From Psammoneis japonica (lineage: Eukaryota), in the NCBI GenBank assembly GCA_008632985.1, contig QPGO01000281.1, positions 1-64,000 on the forward strand: a DNA stretch of 64,000 nt, given 5' to 3'. A program made the position numbers and the translations under genes. Below, in pieces: positions 12,518 through 26,965 of the stretch; position 1 is the stretch's first letter, and every line of letters starts with the position of its first letter. Below the pieces are notes generated by a model. The model did no database searches. It was given only the letters and a program-made list of their open reading frames with translations, and was not told the origin of the DNA.

Positions 12518-13165
12518 TCACGGGGCATGCAAGTGCACATCTGTGTTGTCAAAGGCTGCCAATGAGACAGATGGAAGGCGAGATGGGAGATCATGCCTTT
12601 GTCCATCCAGAGTCAAATCCAATTTTGTGTTGAAGTTGTGCAACCAAAATTCCATTGCGCAATGATCATTTCGATGCTCCTCATCACAGAAGATGCAAGT
12701 GTTGGGAACCCAATCTTGAAAATGTGTTTCTCTGATGCATCTCTGAGCAGGGGCAATGTCATCGCCGCCCCGTCTCTTTGCAGGCACGAGATGATGACTG
12801 TGCATGGACAGGAAGCATTGGAGCCTTGTGTGTTCATGAAAATGTCTCCTGTTTGTGTCGATGCTCTCGCAGAACTCCTCCTCCGAGTCAGAAAAGTTTT
12901 CTTCATGATGGAAATGTTCGTCCATTGTTTCCCCAGCTTCTGTCATCTGGCGAACATTTCTTTTTGGGTTGCCATCCCAGAATCGATTGCGTCGGTGACG
13001 GGGACCATCCGCGATTCTCTGCCACCCAATGGCGGCCATGTGACAAAGCAATTGGTTGGAAATTTGTAAAGTGGCAAGAGTTTGGACATCTGTTGTTTCC
13101 AAGAAGGAGAAAATGTGTTGCCACACAGTGGCATGCCGACATCCAAGCATGCAATTGTTGTCCAT
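12518..13165 (-). pseudogene. Cargo ORF with possible N-terminal F-box-like motif
   Basis: VWQHIFSFLETTDVQTL resembles the F-box consensus. Remainder unassigned. Confidence 0.3.
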
Positions 13166-15637
13166 GCTGGCAAAAGGTTGTGGTCCTTTTGTTCATGGTG
13201 AGGATCACATCCATTGTTTGCATTTTTGTGTGCACGGTCCGTTGAGTCATCCGTTGGGTTTTGTCAAGTGTCAGTCCAATCATCGTCAGTCGGCAAAAAT
13301 GAAAAGAACACTGACACACAACCAACCCGGCAAGACAACTGACACACAAACCATCATGTGTGTGGTCAACAGACACCACCACTTCATCATGATCATTGAA
13401 GAAATTGCCGCAACCCAAATTTGAGAAGAAGACCATGTCAGAGGCACTCAACAGTCACCTTGCGCAGATGAAGGAGAAAGCAATGGTTTGCGATCACGCT
13501 GACATTCCTCACAATTCAGAGGAACAGAGAGCAAAGGATGCAAAGGCTGCAGTTGCTAGATCTGCATCAGTGATGGCAGAAAAATGTTTTCATTTGGTGC
13601 ATGCAATGGATCAAATCAAAAGAGCTGTCCCAAATCCAGACACCACGGTTCACGAAATAAAGCTGCACTGCATTCAGTCCAAGTTTTTGATCAAAGCACA
13701 TTGTTCAGAAAACAAGCACACCACTGCAGTTGAAGATTTCAGCGATGCGGAAATGTGTTTCCAACAAGCTCTTCATGGCAACGACTTTGATGCAAGAGGG
13801 GCAGGGACTCCCAATCTCCATGGAGGAATTTCGATGACCCAAGCATTTTCAGTGCATGCCATGTGGCTGTGATTCACCATTGCTTCTTAAACACATGCGA
13901 GGCACTCTCTGAAAGAGAAGAGTTGGAAACAGATGAGGGAACAGTGACTGGGGATGATCCCAACAATGCAATCGACAGGGAGCTTCCTGCCATTGATTGC
14001 TTTGTCAGGTCCATCCACACCCATGCCATGCATCAAACCATGCCAAGCAATGTCATTCGGTCCTCCCTGTCACAACCACAGCGGGACCTGAAGGAGGTGT
14101 TTTCCACTTTTTGCAAAGCCTGCATGGAATTGCAAAGGAAAAATGAAGCCTTGAAACAATGTTGGGATTCTTTGTTTGATGAGAGGCTGGGTGCGGATCA
14201 ATTTAGGAGAGGGATCTGGTCTGCGATCCATGCCATGAACGAAGAAGCAGTCACAAGAGAAACATTCCTGTGTTTGGCAATCTGAACGGAGGAATGATTG
14301 TTGCATTTCAACCAGACAGATGGCAGCCCTGAGTTTCAGCATGCGACGATGGTTGCCAGGGAACATTTCATGGAACAGGATGACTGGATGGAATGCAAAG
14401 ACAACTGCAGTCGAGGCCAGAGCATGGCATCTCAAAACCAGGACCACTCGGATGCTCTCGTGTCAGATGTTTGTTGATGGATGCATTTTAGGAATGGGCG
14501 AGACTTTTGTGTGTAACAGACTGTTTGTTTTGCAATCTGGTTTAAATCAACAGGTGAGCTGTCTAACATGTTCTTTTTTTCTGTTCCCACTGTGCCTGAC
14601 AGGACCACAAATTAGTTGTGACAGCTCGGTGGTGGCTTCATCTGGCATGTTTTGGGTGTGTCAGTCTGGCATTGAGTTGTGTCGACACATGCCTTGGTGG
14701 ATCCGACTCGTGCGTGCCTTGTCCATTGAGAACGGTGACGCATGTGAGATTGACATCAACATCAGTTCTCTCTCTAGCAGCACCCAACAGCAACCAATGT
14801 GCATCACTGGTTTTCCGTTTTTGCTTTTTCAAAATTCTGTTCTCAGCCACAGACACGTGATCACCATGTCGGACGGCGTCAATTTCCCACTGCAGTTTCC
14901 TGATCCGGTTGAGGATTGCACCCGGGAACAGCTCTTGGAGGTCAGGCATGTGTTGCATGATGATGATTGCTGCACACGTCTCATGCAGAAAAGTGCAATT
15001 TGCCATTTGAGCAACCTTGCAACAACACAAGATGAAATTGACAACATCGCACCAACCAAGGGGAACTGCATCAATTGTCATCTCGTCGGTCCAAACCAAC
15101 AAATGTGCCGGCACTGTGTCAGCCTTGCCAACCAGCTGGGGCAAAACATTTTGGGGAAAATTCCCAACATGCAAGCGGCGCCACTGATGCTTCATCAATG
15201 CCCACCTCTTTGAGAAAGCAGAAGGCTGGTGCATGGAGCTGGACATCACAGACTTGTCTTTTGGTGGAGAGGATGGACACCAGTGCCATCAAATGCATGG
15301 GCCGTTCAACATCATTGATGTAAAATCATCAGATAGAAAGCTGCAATTGTGCTCCAGATTGATGCACCAGAGAAGTGATGCTCACCCAATTTGCAAGCAC
15401 ACCCACTTCATTGTGCGCCAGTTGATGTGTGGGAACTTTAGAATGGTGTGGCAGCATCTTGAGTTGTGCAACGCACTTGATGTTGTCGATGACTTGCTGC
15501 CAATCATCCCCAAGGAATCCATGATTGCACTGCCAAGAGGTGATGTGGTTGTTGTCCCGAGGCCAACTCACACTGGCTGAACAAAACCAATGTTGGCACA
15601 CCATCTTCTGCGTTCATCCCAGTCTCCTCTCGTTGAA

Positions 15638-18600
15638 TCAAATCATTGGGTGGCAAGCCCACTGCCAATGCAAGCCCACATTGTCTGCCTGGGAATGGCG
15701 CCAAAAGCTGCATTTGTCAGCACCCTCAGAACTTTCCTCTCTCATCATCATTTCCCGCATCCATTCACAAAACATCTTGGCCCAGTCCAGGTGGGGTTTA
15801 ACCACCATCACTCTGTGCTCCCTTCTCTGGTTGCAATTGCGCACTTGGGGTGGGACCGGGCTGTTGCATTGTTTGGACATGAAACACAGGATGCCATGAC
15901 AAATTGATTGAATGCAAATGTTGCACATGGACGGATGTCTGGATGATTGGAGTTCTTGCGCGCAATGAGCAAACAATCGGGTGTCCCCAAAATCAGACTC
16001 GGTCACCCGGGCAGATGTGGACTTGCAGTCAACCAAGTGAATGATGGCCTTGGCAACCCCGTTGGAATCCTTGCAGAACCCAACAATGCGGGCGGGATGC
16101 AGCTCACTGGATGCATTGTCCATGTTGAAATGGACTTCCGCCCAGTTGAACCAGGGTCCCTCTTTGGAACAATGCTGTGGGCATGCTCTGAGGTGGTCGC
16201 CATTTGCGAGTTTTGCTTCAATCCAAATGTCAAACTCAGGTTGGTCCAGTTCAAGTTCTTGGATGGCTTTGAGGAAGGCGTGGCAAGGTGCACCAGTTTC
16301 CCGGTTGGCGGGGCTTTTGGCACCATGTCGGTCGAGTGCATGCACGTCATTGAAAGAATCACGCCAGAAGACAAAGTGTGGCATTCGTCGGGCAACCTTT
16401 GATTCCCGGTCACCATTGGCAACAGAGGATGCATCCTCTTCAGGAGCACCTGATGCAAGGTTTGCTTCCAAATTCCAGAGGACGATCTCATCCACACACC
16501 TGCCACAAAGAAGAGCTTTGCAAATTTGTTGGCAGGTCTGTTTGAGGAAAGTGGCCATGCCTCTCTTCTGTGCCGTCTTGGATGTCTTTTTTGCCTTTGT
16601 TTTCAACAATCTTTCACCGGTCGATGCGTGCAATTGCATGTCGTCACCTGGCCACAAATGATGAAAGTTCTTGTGGTTCTGGGCTTCAACCTTTTCCAAG
16701 TCGAAGTTGGCGGAGTTGTTGCACGGTGCAGGATGGTGTCCATGCACCCAACCACTCGCTTTGTCCCAAAGCAAATCATGGCATGATCCTTCTGCACAAC
16801 TGCCGGGAGTTGGTGTGAACAATGACAAAAAGCATGGTGGCAGAGAATGTGCTCCAAGAAAGAAGAGCATGTCTTCATGTTGGATGATGTTGCGCCGGTG
16901 AATCCATTTCCCTTGATTGTTGGTTTCTTCCGACAGTGCTTCATGACACAATTCTGCACAGGGTGAGAGAGCTGGCATGGATTTTGAACTGCCACGTCCT
17001 CCCCGTCACATGATTCCTCTGAGGCCAACAGATCCACCATTTTCTTTGAGACAGTTTTGCACAACCCCCATTGACAATGTGTCCCCTGACCTTGGAACGT
17101 TTTCCATCATTTCCTTGTAAAAGACCATCAATGCATTCCAGGACGATGGGACATGCAATGGAGTCCAGCACATCACGTGGAGGGCAAGAATTTTCCTCCT
17201 TGCTTTTGATGGTTTTCATAATCTTCCAAGACTCAACTTCAAAAAAGAAAATCTGTGCAGCTTCAGGTGCTTGATGACATGCTGAATCGTTTCTGGCTGG
17301 CAATCAAAAGCATCGTTTTTGCCATGGTCCCTTGATTGTTGGTTTCTTCTGACGGTGCTTCATGACACAATTCTGCACAGGGTGAGAGAGCTGGCATGGA
17401 TTTTGAACTGCCACGTCCTCCCCGTCACATGGTTCCTCTGAGGCCAACAGATCCACCGTTTTCTTTGGGACAGTTTTGCTCAACCCATTGACAATGTGTC
17501 CCCTGACCTTGGAACATTTTCCATCATTTCCTCGCAAAAGACCATCAATGCATTCCAGGTTGATGGGACATGCAATGGAGTCCAGCACATCACAAGGAGG
17601 GTGAGAATTTTCCTCCTTGCTTTTGATGGTTTTCAAAATCTTCCAAGACTCGACTTCAAAAAAGAAAATCTGTGCAGCTTCAGGTGCTTGATGACATGCT
17701 GAATCGTTTCTGGTTGGCGATCAAAAGCCTCATTTGGCCATGGTCCATGGCAAAAAACATGTCCTTCCTGCAAGGAAAAATGGTGGGTGGAAGCGGTTTC
17801 TTTTCCTTTTCTTCCTTGGTGGCGGCTTGTTGTTGAGCCGCCTCCTCAGCGGCCTTTCTTGCCTTTTCCCTTTCGCGGGTGGTGTCACAAGTTGCTCTTT
17901 GTCACTTGTTGTCATGTCCATGGGAAGTCGCAGAAGATCGGGATCTTTTGCCAACACTGGACCTGTCATTGTTGGAAGGCAGGGCATCGTCTGGCCCCTG
18001 CGGGAACATCAGAGGAGGAGGGATCGTTGCTGCCAGACTCATTGGCATTTTCGTTCACGCTGTCATTTGGTTTTTTGTGCAGAGAGGCAAGTTTTGAGGC
18101 GGAAGGAAACATTTTGCACTTCTTCTTTTGGCGTTCATGCACCGTTTCCATTGTCTCACGAGGCTTCAGGCATTGCATCACCACACACAGGTAGAACAGA
18201 GAACCCATTTTTTGGGGGTGGGTCTGGAGAGTCATTCTGCTAAAGCCAGAACTTGAGCAACCTTCAGGGTGTTGTGCCAAGGCTGTGGACCTGCAGCATC
18301 CAACGACAGCTTTGAGTTCTGTCTCAAAGTTTTCCTTCTCTTTCTTGGCAAATCCAAAGCACAAGACTTGTGCCACGTTCTCCACACCACCTGCTTCCCA
18401 GGAATGAAGGTGATTGTCAGCCGTCGCTGCAAACACACCCCATGGATTGCCTCCGAAATTGACACCGTCGAAGGTGTTTTGCAGAGGGTGCATCATGTGC
18501 GGATGCAAAAGCAGAGCCTCTGCGAGCTTCTGTTGCTGCTTGACCAATGGACTGCACTTGCCAAATGCTGCTGCAGTGGAGCCGGTCCATCCAACTGCCA

Positions 18601-19723
18601 GCTTGTCAAGACAGGAAACAATCTCCACATTGATCGGAGAACAAGGAAGACCAAGCTGGTTGGTTTGGCGGGATGTGTTTGTAACATCGTTGGTGGAACA
18701 CATGCAGAAGAAGCAATGCACTCAAACCAGCACCACCACCATTGGATGATTTCTGTCCACAGATGAAGTCTTGTGACTTCTGGTCACCAAATGTTGGCCC
18801 TTTCACAAGTCGGGTGCGCATGCGCCGGCAACACCACCCAAGTTTACCATCATGAGGGGAGGCTCCGCCTGCAATGCCCTCAAATCTTCCAAGAGAAAAG
18901 ACAACATGTCGTGGCAAGCCTGCATGTTTGATGAACTTGGGGGCTCACCTGATTGTGTGTCTTTGTTCACATTCCCGTTCTCATTGAGTGTGCCACCTGC
19001 ACCATCCTTGTCTGTGCTCGGCATGAACCCCAGGTGACGCCAGGAGCAATCACGCTCACACACATGCCTCTTGGCAAGAAGAATGCAGAACAACCAGGGT
19101 TCGAGGGGATGCCTTTGACAGGCATCAGTCCCTGTCTGATCAGCGCACAAAGCAATTGGCAATGGCAAGTCCTTCTTGCAGTCAAAGTCATTGGGGAGGG
19201 CATCGCATGTGTCGGAGCACCACTTGTTGGACATGATCTTGCCAAGATCACAAACATCAACAGGAGCACACTTGTGGAAACGTTCCTGCAGGGACTTGCT
19301 CACGTTGAGATTGTGCTCATTGTCAAACATCGAGTGGGTGAGCAAATCTCTCAACATGTCCAGCATGCAGAAGCGAGTGACTTCCCATCCACCAATGAGG
19401 CGAGTGTTGGGCTGGGGCAGGAAAACCTTCTTGCGGAGTTTCTTCACTGACAAGTCCCGCCCAAGACACTGGGAACAATCAAATTTCTGCTTCTTGCTAA
19501 ATCGGCGCAACAGGGTGAGCAACTGCCCGCAGAATTCACGAGTGGTGCCGGAATTGTCACACAGTGTAATCAGCTCCAACGAGGCTTCCTCCAAGGCATC
19601 GGAGTCAGCATTGCTGGTGGTGGGGAGGACGCTGGGGGGTGGATCCTGGGGCAAGGTGGATTCTTCACATGCATCCACCGGGGAAGAATGCAAAGAAGCA
19701 GCAGGAGAAGTGCCAGGGAACAT
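15638..19723 (-). pseudogene. Plavaka-type transposase, frameshifted and mutated
   Basis: Ordered motifs LPIALCADQTGTD..QRHPLEPW, WRHLGFMP, CHDML..LL..L...Q, GDQKSQDFICG, NTFDGVNFGGNPWGVFAAT.D..LHSWEAG, LRACPQH…GPWFNW, across ORFs 18803..19723, 17966..18721 and 15638..16978. Confidence 0.8.
16910..17728. repeat. ~420-bp tandem duplication inside the transposase
   Basis: 16910-17311 and 17329-17728 both run from cccttgattgttggtttctt to atcaaaagc. Confidence 0.9.
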
Positions 19724-21217
19724 TTTGTAAAGAGAGGAATCGTCGTCGTCACGCTCATCGTCGTCGCAATCCTCTTCCTCCTCCTCCTCCTCCTCCTCCT
19801 CCTTGGATTCTTCATCGGGGGGCTGCAGATTGTCTGCGGGTGGGAAACTGGGTGAGTCATCATCTCTCCATTGAGGTCCGTGCTGCGATTTAGTGCTTCG
19901 TCATTCTCAGATGCGGAAACGGATGACTGACGAGAAATTTGCCACTCTTGGAACACAAGAATGGCGGCTTGTGACAACTGGCACAATTGAGTTGTGGCAG
20001 ATGCACGGGGATGGGCTGCATTTTGCGAGTGGTGGCAGTGATGGTGGCAAACAGGCATGCCAAGCTAAGAGTGCGATTGGAGATGAGGAAGGCAAAGACA
20101 CAGGATGAAACAATTGGGTGCTTGTTCACAACCATTTGTTGGCATGCAGGTGTTGGATTGATTTTTGAATCAAATCACTTTGTGTGCACCCAGTTGATTT
20201 TTTTGAATGGGAGACCACTTGGCATGGTGGCAACAGCCGTTGGAGAGTTGGCCACAGGGAGGCAATTGGACATGAGGCGTGCACATGTTCGGAAATTAAA
20301 GATGACATTTTTTGAATTGGAGAGAGAGGATCCATTTAAATTTCAGTGCAAATGTCCAGCCAAATGAAGAAACATTGGCAAAAGACACTGTTCAGGGGGA
20401 AATGGAGAAGGACAACCATCACCCACATGTTGTCCGCAAGACTCAAACACATCCATCAACGTGCTTGCATGTGCATGAGCACACACCAGAAATGAACACA
20501 GCGGCAGCAGCAGAGGACAATGGTGCATGTGGAGTGGGAGTTGAGCTCAGCCGAGTGGATGGCGGACCAGGCCAAGGTGATGGAAGACATGGCAAAGGTG
20601 AGAGATCATGCAAAGAGGAAACATTGTTCCTCAGTGCAATGTTCGCATTCAACAAAAAAGGGAATGGAGGAAACGGGCATGCTCTGCTGAGATCATGAAC
20701 AGAATTGAGGCCCCAAGATGATGCATGGCCTGCTGAACAAATTGCCCGAGGCAGAGCAAAAAACACACCTGCACTGCCTGTGGCTTGTGATGAAACAAAA
20801 AAGATGTGTCAGGAGTGGCTGGCAATGGAGAGATCAAATGCATGCCAGGCGCAGCAGGGCAAGTTCCACGGTGAGTGATGATGGAGGGTGAAATGAGGAC
20901 AGCCAATGCGATTGCTGACAGTGTCGTCACTTGCTTTTCTTGCCGCAAACAAAGCTCTTTGTGCATGCTGTGAAGCAAAGAATTGCATCTTGCCATTGCT
21001 GGAAAGATTCCAAGATCACTTGGGAAACCCGACTTTGCAAATGGTGTTCCATGACTGCATGCTGCGTCCGATTGTTGGAGACACATGCTGGAAAGAGTGC
21101 ATTTCCAGGAACAAGAGGATGGGCACAGCATGTGCCAAGGTGTTTGCCCACATGCTCCTCAAGAACAACGGTGATGCGTGGCATGCCGAGCACAAGAGCT
21201 GAAACAAGGAAGGGACT

Positions 21218-21895
21218 TTGATGACAGATTGCAGCGTGCAGTTGGTTGATGATGGAGGAGGAAAGGACTTGTGTGAGACGATCATGCCAGACATTGCGAC
21301 AGCCAAAGAGAAGGACAGCCAGGGCAAGAGCAAGTTTGTGCTGCTCCAGAAAGATCCACAAGAAGAAGAGACATCAGAGGAGGAAGGTCCGCCAGTGCAA
21401 GAACTGAAGCAGAAGTTCAAGAACACAAGAGAAGAGTCCGTCATAAAACGTGATGCCATGGTCAAGAAGATCAGAGAAGAGCCAAATGCTGCACTGCAAG
21501 CAACGGCTCTGAACAAGGCTGCAGAAGTGCCAGTTGACATCCAAAACAATGCAGATGCATCCAGCAAAAAGAGAAAGGTTGTCAGGAACCTCAAGCATTT
21601 CACGGCAGCAAAGCCAAAAAACTCGGACAGAAATGCAGGACCACGGAAGCGCAAAAAACCGAGGAAGAGCAAAGGGTGGTCGCCAAAGGCCAACAAGTTC
21701 TTTGTTAACATGGTCAAGGAGATCAAGCAAGATGTTGCAAGCGGATGCCTGGGCCAGTGGGAAGAGCTCCACAGAGCTGTTGTGACTGAGCAAGATCAAT
21801 GGGCATCTGAAGAAGCACAGGATGGCTTGGATGATGAAGACGACCAACAGGTCAACTGCGCCAAAGCATGCAAACTGGAGTTGGCGGCAGTTTAG
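21218..21895 (+). pseudogene. Divergently oriented second ORF of Plavaka-like element 1 (3' part)
   Basis: KSKGWSPKANKFFVNMVKEIKQD plus an acidic tail resembles VSWGDDGITRFNDLCKEVMKDRD in 25020..25547 (-). Confidence 0.5.
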
Positions 21896-22377
21896 TCGAG
21901 AGTGACTTGGCAGCCATGGATTGCAATCGCACTTGTTTGGGGTCAATTGCAGCAGAGACATGCAACAAACAGATGGGGCCATCGAAAACACTGTGTTTTG
22001 AACACACCAGCAAACCCATTGACTTCAACCGTAAAAATTGAAAACAAATCAAAACACGGCACTCAATTGTCACCCAGTTGGCGCCAATGAGAAAAGTCAA
22101 ATCCAACAAAGCAACCAGTTCAGCATCATCAACTGATTGGGCGGCACTCCACTTGTTGGGATTGAAAACTGTTTTGGAAAGTCCGCGGACATTCATTGGT
22201 TGGTGTGGACATTTGTTCACCTTCAATCATGACTGTTTGTGGCAAACAGTCATGATTCACGTTGAATCACCTTGATTCATTGTAAATGAACACATGTGCA
22301 GGCTCTCACAAACACTGTCACACACAATGTCCATTGGTGTGACCACAAGACAATTCATGGAAACGGGCCTCTGATGC

Positions 22378-23129
22378 AGATGGCGGCCCTCTTTGTCCCC
22401 AAGATTTGGTGCTCCACATGTTTTCCTGTCAAGTTTTTTGTTGAAGCAGATCAAGTGCTGGCACTTGTTGCAGGAATCAGCTGCTCCCCATTTTCTTAGT
22501 CATTTTGTGCTTTTTTGCATGAATGGCATGTTCTTTTGCTTTCCAAAGGGCTGGCTCAAGAACCTTTCTTGCTTGCCTTGCAACTGCCCTGACAGCTGCT
22601 TTTTTTCAAGGCTTTTGACTGCTCTTGGAACAACACCGCAGTAGATTGCAGCCAGACATGGAAAAATCAGGGGCAACGTGTTCTCTGACTCTTGCAGAAT
22701 GATCTCTACAGTGTCAGCCAGATGGCTTGTGTGGAAACCATGCTGATGCCACCAAGGATCAAAACGTGGGGTGAGCAACCAAATTTCAGTTCTCCTGTGA
22801 CACACAGAACAAATGTGTGAAGGCATCAGAAGCCACACACACCAGAAAAGGCTTGGACTTCAACAACATTGGAGGACTTCTCACCTGGCAGCTCTGCAGC
22901 ATGGAGCGACTCTGCACATGTTTGTTTGTGTGGGCCATCTGGTGGAGCAGCTGTGCACTGGCTTTGGGAGAAAAGTGCCATGGCTGCAACCACCAATGCC
23001 TCCAGACAGTTGATGCCCTGGCTTCTGTGTGAGCCACCACAGCAACACTTGCCACATGACTGAAAAACATTGCAGCTGTGTGTTGCACTTGATGGCCAAC
23101 CTTCAACACACTTTTTCCTGGCAGCAAAC
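22378..23129. repeat. Spacer X segment duplicated at 59666-60415
   Basis: Colinear, highly similar match from agatggcggccct to cctggcagcaaac. Confidence 0.9.
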
Positions 23130-25019
23130 AAGTCACATGTTTGTCATGCCTTGTGTTCCAGCTGCTGCAAAGCTCTTTGTTGGCATGTCTTCTGAGCTTT
23201 CCATGTCAGAAGAAGATTTTTTCAACTCTGCAGAGCCCACAGCAGCACCACAGCCATGGTCAACCTCATCTCTGGGACCACATCACATTGCATGAAGAGT
23301 GTGCCCCCCAGGCAAAGCAAAAAGTCTCAAGCACAGACAGTGCAGCACAAAGCACAACCACATCATCTGCACTTGGATGCTCATTCCATCATTTTTTAGC
23401 AAGAGTGCTGCTGCAAAGGAGTTTTTCTCCTCTGGTGGCACACATGGTTTCTGTGTCGAGTGTGGCTTTGAGAATTGGAAAAATGAGGCCACGGCAGCAA
23501 GCGTTGCGCGACAGCATTGTTGAGTTGACACATCGATGCATTGACCAAGCAAGCACCAACCTTCAAGGAGGCATTCAGAATTTCGAAACTGCTTTGCTTC
23601 AACACCTTTTTTCAAAACAACATGACCCACTGCACGCACATTGCACTGCTGTGCTGCTGCAACATGACCATTCAAAGCACATTGCTGCGCACCCAGGATC
23701 TGTCACATCAGCTGTCATCCATCTTTACAGTTTGGACACTTTGACAACTCAGTGCAACCGTCACCAAGAAATCAACAAAAGTGACACTCAATCCATTGAA
23801 TGGGAGTGCACAGGCGATCTTGGTGCACTTCATTGATTTGAAAATTCAAAACTCTCTCTCTCTCAAAGCACTCAGAAACGAAAATCACGACATTTCACTC
23901 GCATTCACAATGCTGCAATTGCTCGTCATTCTTGTCGAGTGATGAATGCCATTGATCATTTTTTTGTTGCATTCTTAAAATGAAGGTGCAGCATCGTGTT
24001 GCATCGTCCCTGCCAGTGCTGCTCCTTTCTGCCGTCGGATGAGTCCACGGCACGCAGCCGACTCTTTCAAACAACAGAAGAGTCCGATCCGTTCTGACCG
24101 GAAGCAGCCCCACTGCTCACAGTCCAACCGTTCCTCCTGCTCCTCTGCCGCTTGCCAGGATTGATCTAGATGTTGGCTGCATGGCATTCTTGCCTGGCAC
24201 TGTTGAGTTGGACGAAACCGACTGTCAAGATGTTCCTCCCCGCTTTTGGACACTCAGCGTGCACCTGGCAACAATCCACTCAATCGGCTTTCTTCCAGGT
24301 TCAGCTGCAGGACTTGCAACATGAGTGACAACAGCCAGCCCAGATCGTGCGTTGATGCACCTGGAAATGAAGACGAGTGCAATGCCACAGAACTTTTCAA
24401 CATTGCATGTGAAGGTGATGGCGAGGTTTTGTCTGACGTCAATGGGGCACAAGGTGAGCTCTTTCCTGTTCCCAATGTTTTTCAAGGATCTCCCCTGCCT
24501 CCCACGGTCAAATGCAAAATCTCCAGCATTCAACATTTGACGCCACTGGAGCCACAGGAAACCTTGATCTGGGAGACACGTTTGGGAGTTTGGAGTTGCA
24601 GCTTTGTGATGATGTCACCGGGGATTTTAAAATGTGTGCCATCAGCATTGCACAGACATCAGAGTGCACAAAATGTTAAAAATGTGTGGATTTACATGAT
24701 GACAATTTGTCAAAACATTGCAAAACATTGTTGTCGTGTGATGACAGGCCAACCTCTGGTTGCAAGTTTGGCGCACCAATGTTGCAACAACCCACCAAGA
24801 ATTGTGCACGCTGTTTTTCACTGTGTCCACATCACCATTTCTGCCTCCACCTTGTTGCCACATGCCAATGCGTGATTGCATTGCCACACAAACCTTGGTT
24901 TGCCAATTTTCGCAAACATCATTTTAAATGAGAAAAACATTTCATCGGTTGAGTCAATTCCTTGTTGCGTCTGCAGTGCAATGACCGAGTGCCATGTCAA
25001 CTGTGTGCACATTTTCTTG

Positions 25020-26273
25020 CTACAACTCTCTTGAACCAAGCCAACAATCATCATCAGACTCGTCTTCATTGGACTCATCTTCATCGGACTCGTCTCCTCC
25101 ATCGTTCATTTTGCCTTTTGCGCCTTCCTCCTGCTCATCGTCATCACTGTTGTCATCCCTGCTGCTCTCCACCATTGGGCTGTTCATTGCCTTCACCTTC
25201 TCCACATCACCGGTCGGTGCTGTCTTCTTCTTTTTTGCTTCTCCGGACTTCTCGCACTCGCTTTTCTTGATCTCCGCATGCCACTTTTCAAACTCCTTGC
25301 CCTCCTTGGAGTCTCTGTCTTTCATCACCTCTTTGCACAAATCGTTGAACCGAGTGATTCCGTCGTCTCCCCAAGACACTCGTTGTTTCTTTGGCTTCGT
25401 GTGCCGAGGGGCAGGCCTTCTTGTTTTTTCGGGCTCCATTTCCTCACCCAATTCTTCCACCGCCTCCTCCTTGTTCCTGCATGCCCACACCTGCCAACAA
25501 TTCTCCACAGCTGATGGTGCCAAAGCTTCGTCACCCACCGTAAACAACTGTGAGACCTGTGCATTCCCAGTTTTGATGGTGCTGCTCCATGCCTGCTTTT
25601 GCTTGGTTTGAGGTAGGATGTGATCACAGAACCACTTGCGTGCCTGCTTGTTCCTTCATTTGCCGCCGGCGACAGTGTCCAGGCCAAACGGATCCCATGT
25701 CGGCACAAACGGGATGTCATTCTCTTCATTCTTGTCATGGCTTGACTTTTTCCTGCTTTGCTTTTTCCTCCTGTCTGCCACCTTGAGTTTCTTTTCTTTT
25801 TCCTTTCCCTCTTCCTTGGTGACAACGCCAGTGCAGACAAAGCATCACCGTCATCTTCTTGTGAGATGCGCGCAACTCTCGAATCACACACATTGGTCAC
25901 TTGGCTTGCGGGCCATTGCCTCTGCCCCAATGGCCGAACACACCGTGTTTCTGCGATTGTCAATTTGCCTTTTTACCGCCTTTTTTGCCCATTCCTCCCA
26001 AGTTCCTGACCAATTTGAAGTGTCCATGTTGCCACCAGCAATCTGTTTCTTGACAAACATTGAGACGCTCCCATTGCTCGCCAATTCTGATGGACTGAGA
26101 AACTTCACCTGTGGAAAGAAATCATTTCCAGCCACCTTCTCTGCTTCTGATTTCAGTGCACCATGCGCTGCCTGCGCACCTGTTCTCTTCAACACTGCCT
26201 GAAGTCTCGGGCTCATTGGCTCAACAGTCTCATTTTTCTTTCTCTTCTTTGCCTGTGGTGCTGGAGACGACAT
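25020..26273 (-). pseudogene. Second ORF of element 2, probably spliced
   Basis: ORFs 25884..26273 (…FFPQVKFL…W…AVKRQIDNRRN) and 25020..25547 (…DEALA…VENCW…W.DDGITRFNDL…DR). Confidence 0.5.
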
Positions 26274-26639
26274 CTTGATCTTTGCACGGCAACAATGAGA
26301 GCAGTGTCACTGTTCAACAGTGCAACCGTCGTCTGGGTTGTGTTGAGACAGACAGCCACTCTGTTTTTCTCTGTGACATTGCACAAATTGTTGTCAGCAA
26401 CAATGAACAGTTCAACTCACTTTTTGATGTGGCTGTCATTGTGTTTCAACGGAGACAACATCCTTTGTTTTGACAGCAAATAAAAAAGAACAATGTTCAT
26501 TGTAAATGCCAGATAAAAAATCAAAATGCAGACACATCACACCCATGAGAATCATCCAAATCTTGAAGACAATGTAATGTTTGCCATTTTCCCGCCATTT
26601 TTTACGTGTTGTTCTTCTTTTCCCTTCTCATCCACTCTG

Positions 26640-26950
26640 CAAGGACGACGAGTGTGAGTCTTGATGAAGGCCCTGTCAACATTGACCAGAGAACTGTGAG
26701 GCAACGGCATCAGCATGCAGACTTGGTCAGTCGCTGGCAGCTTGGTCACAAACAAAACAACTGGCTTTCAACGCCTGAGAAGACTCAGCACTCACCCAAG
26801 TTACGGGTTGTCCCCATTGAAGCAATTGGGGACAATGTTTTGGTTTATGAAGAATGTCCAGGAGCAGCAGAAGCGCAAGAAAAGGCCCCATTTGTTTGGG
26901 CCACACAGGACAGAAGGAAGTGTTGGTCAGATTTGTTTCTAAAATGGGGT
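26640..26950 (+). pseudogene. Possible C-terminal remnant of the element 2 transposase
   Basis: LVSRWQL…PKLRVVPIEAIGDNVLVYEE.P…WSDLFLKW parallels the C-terminus of the element 1 transposase (…WAKMFCEW) and lies in the syntenic position. Confidence 0.4.
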
Positions 26951-26965
26951 GCGTGCATCAATCTG

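Larger units (their letters stand above)
6780..22230. mobile_element. Large Plavaka-like DNA transposon 1 with cargo ORFs (ends approximate)
   Basis: Contains a Plavaka-type transposase pseudogene and accessory ORFs colinear with element 2. It is a CpG-retaining block between CpG-poor flanks. No convincing TIR/TSD identified. Confidence 0.6.

Noticed and set aside
19772..19803. (TCC)n microsatellite as a separate feature
   Set aside because: Probably an acidic low-complexity stretch at the transposase N-terminus on the minus strand.
6771..22228. gattgaa…ttcaatc as TIRs of Plavaka-like element 1
   Set aside because: Only 7 bp of match and no clear TSD; ends left approximate.
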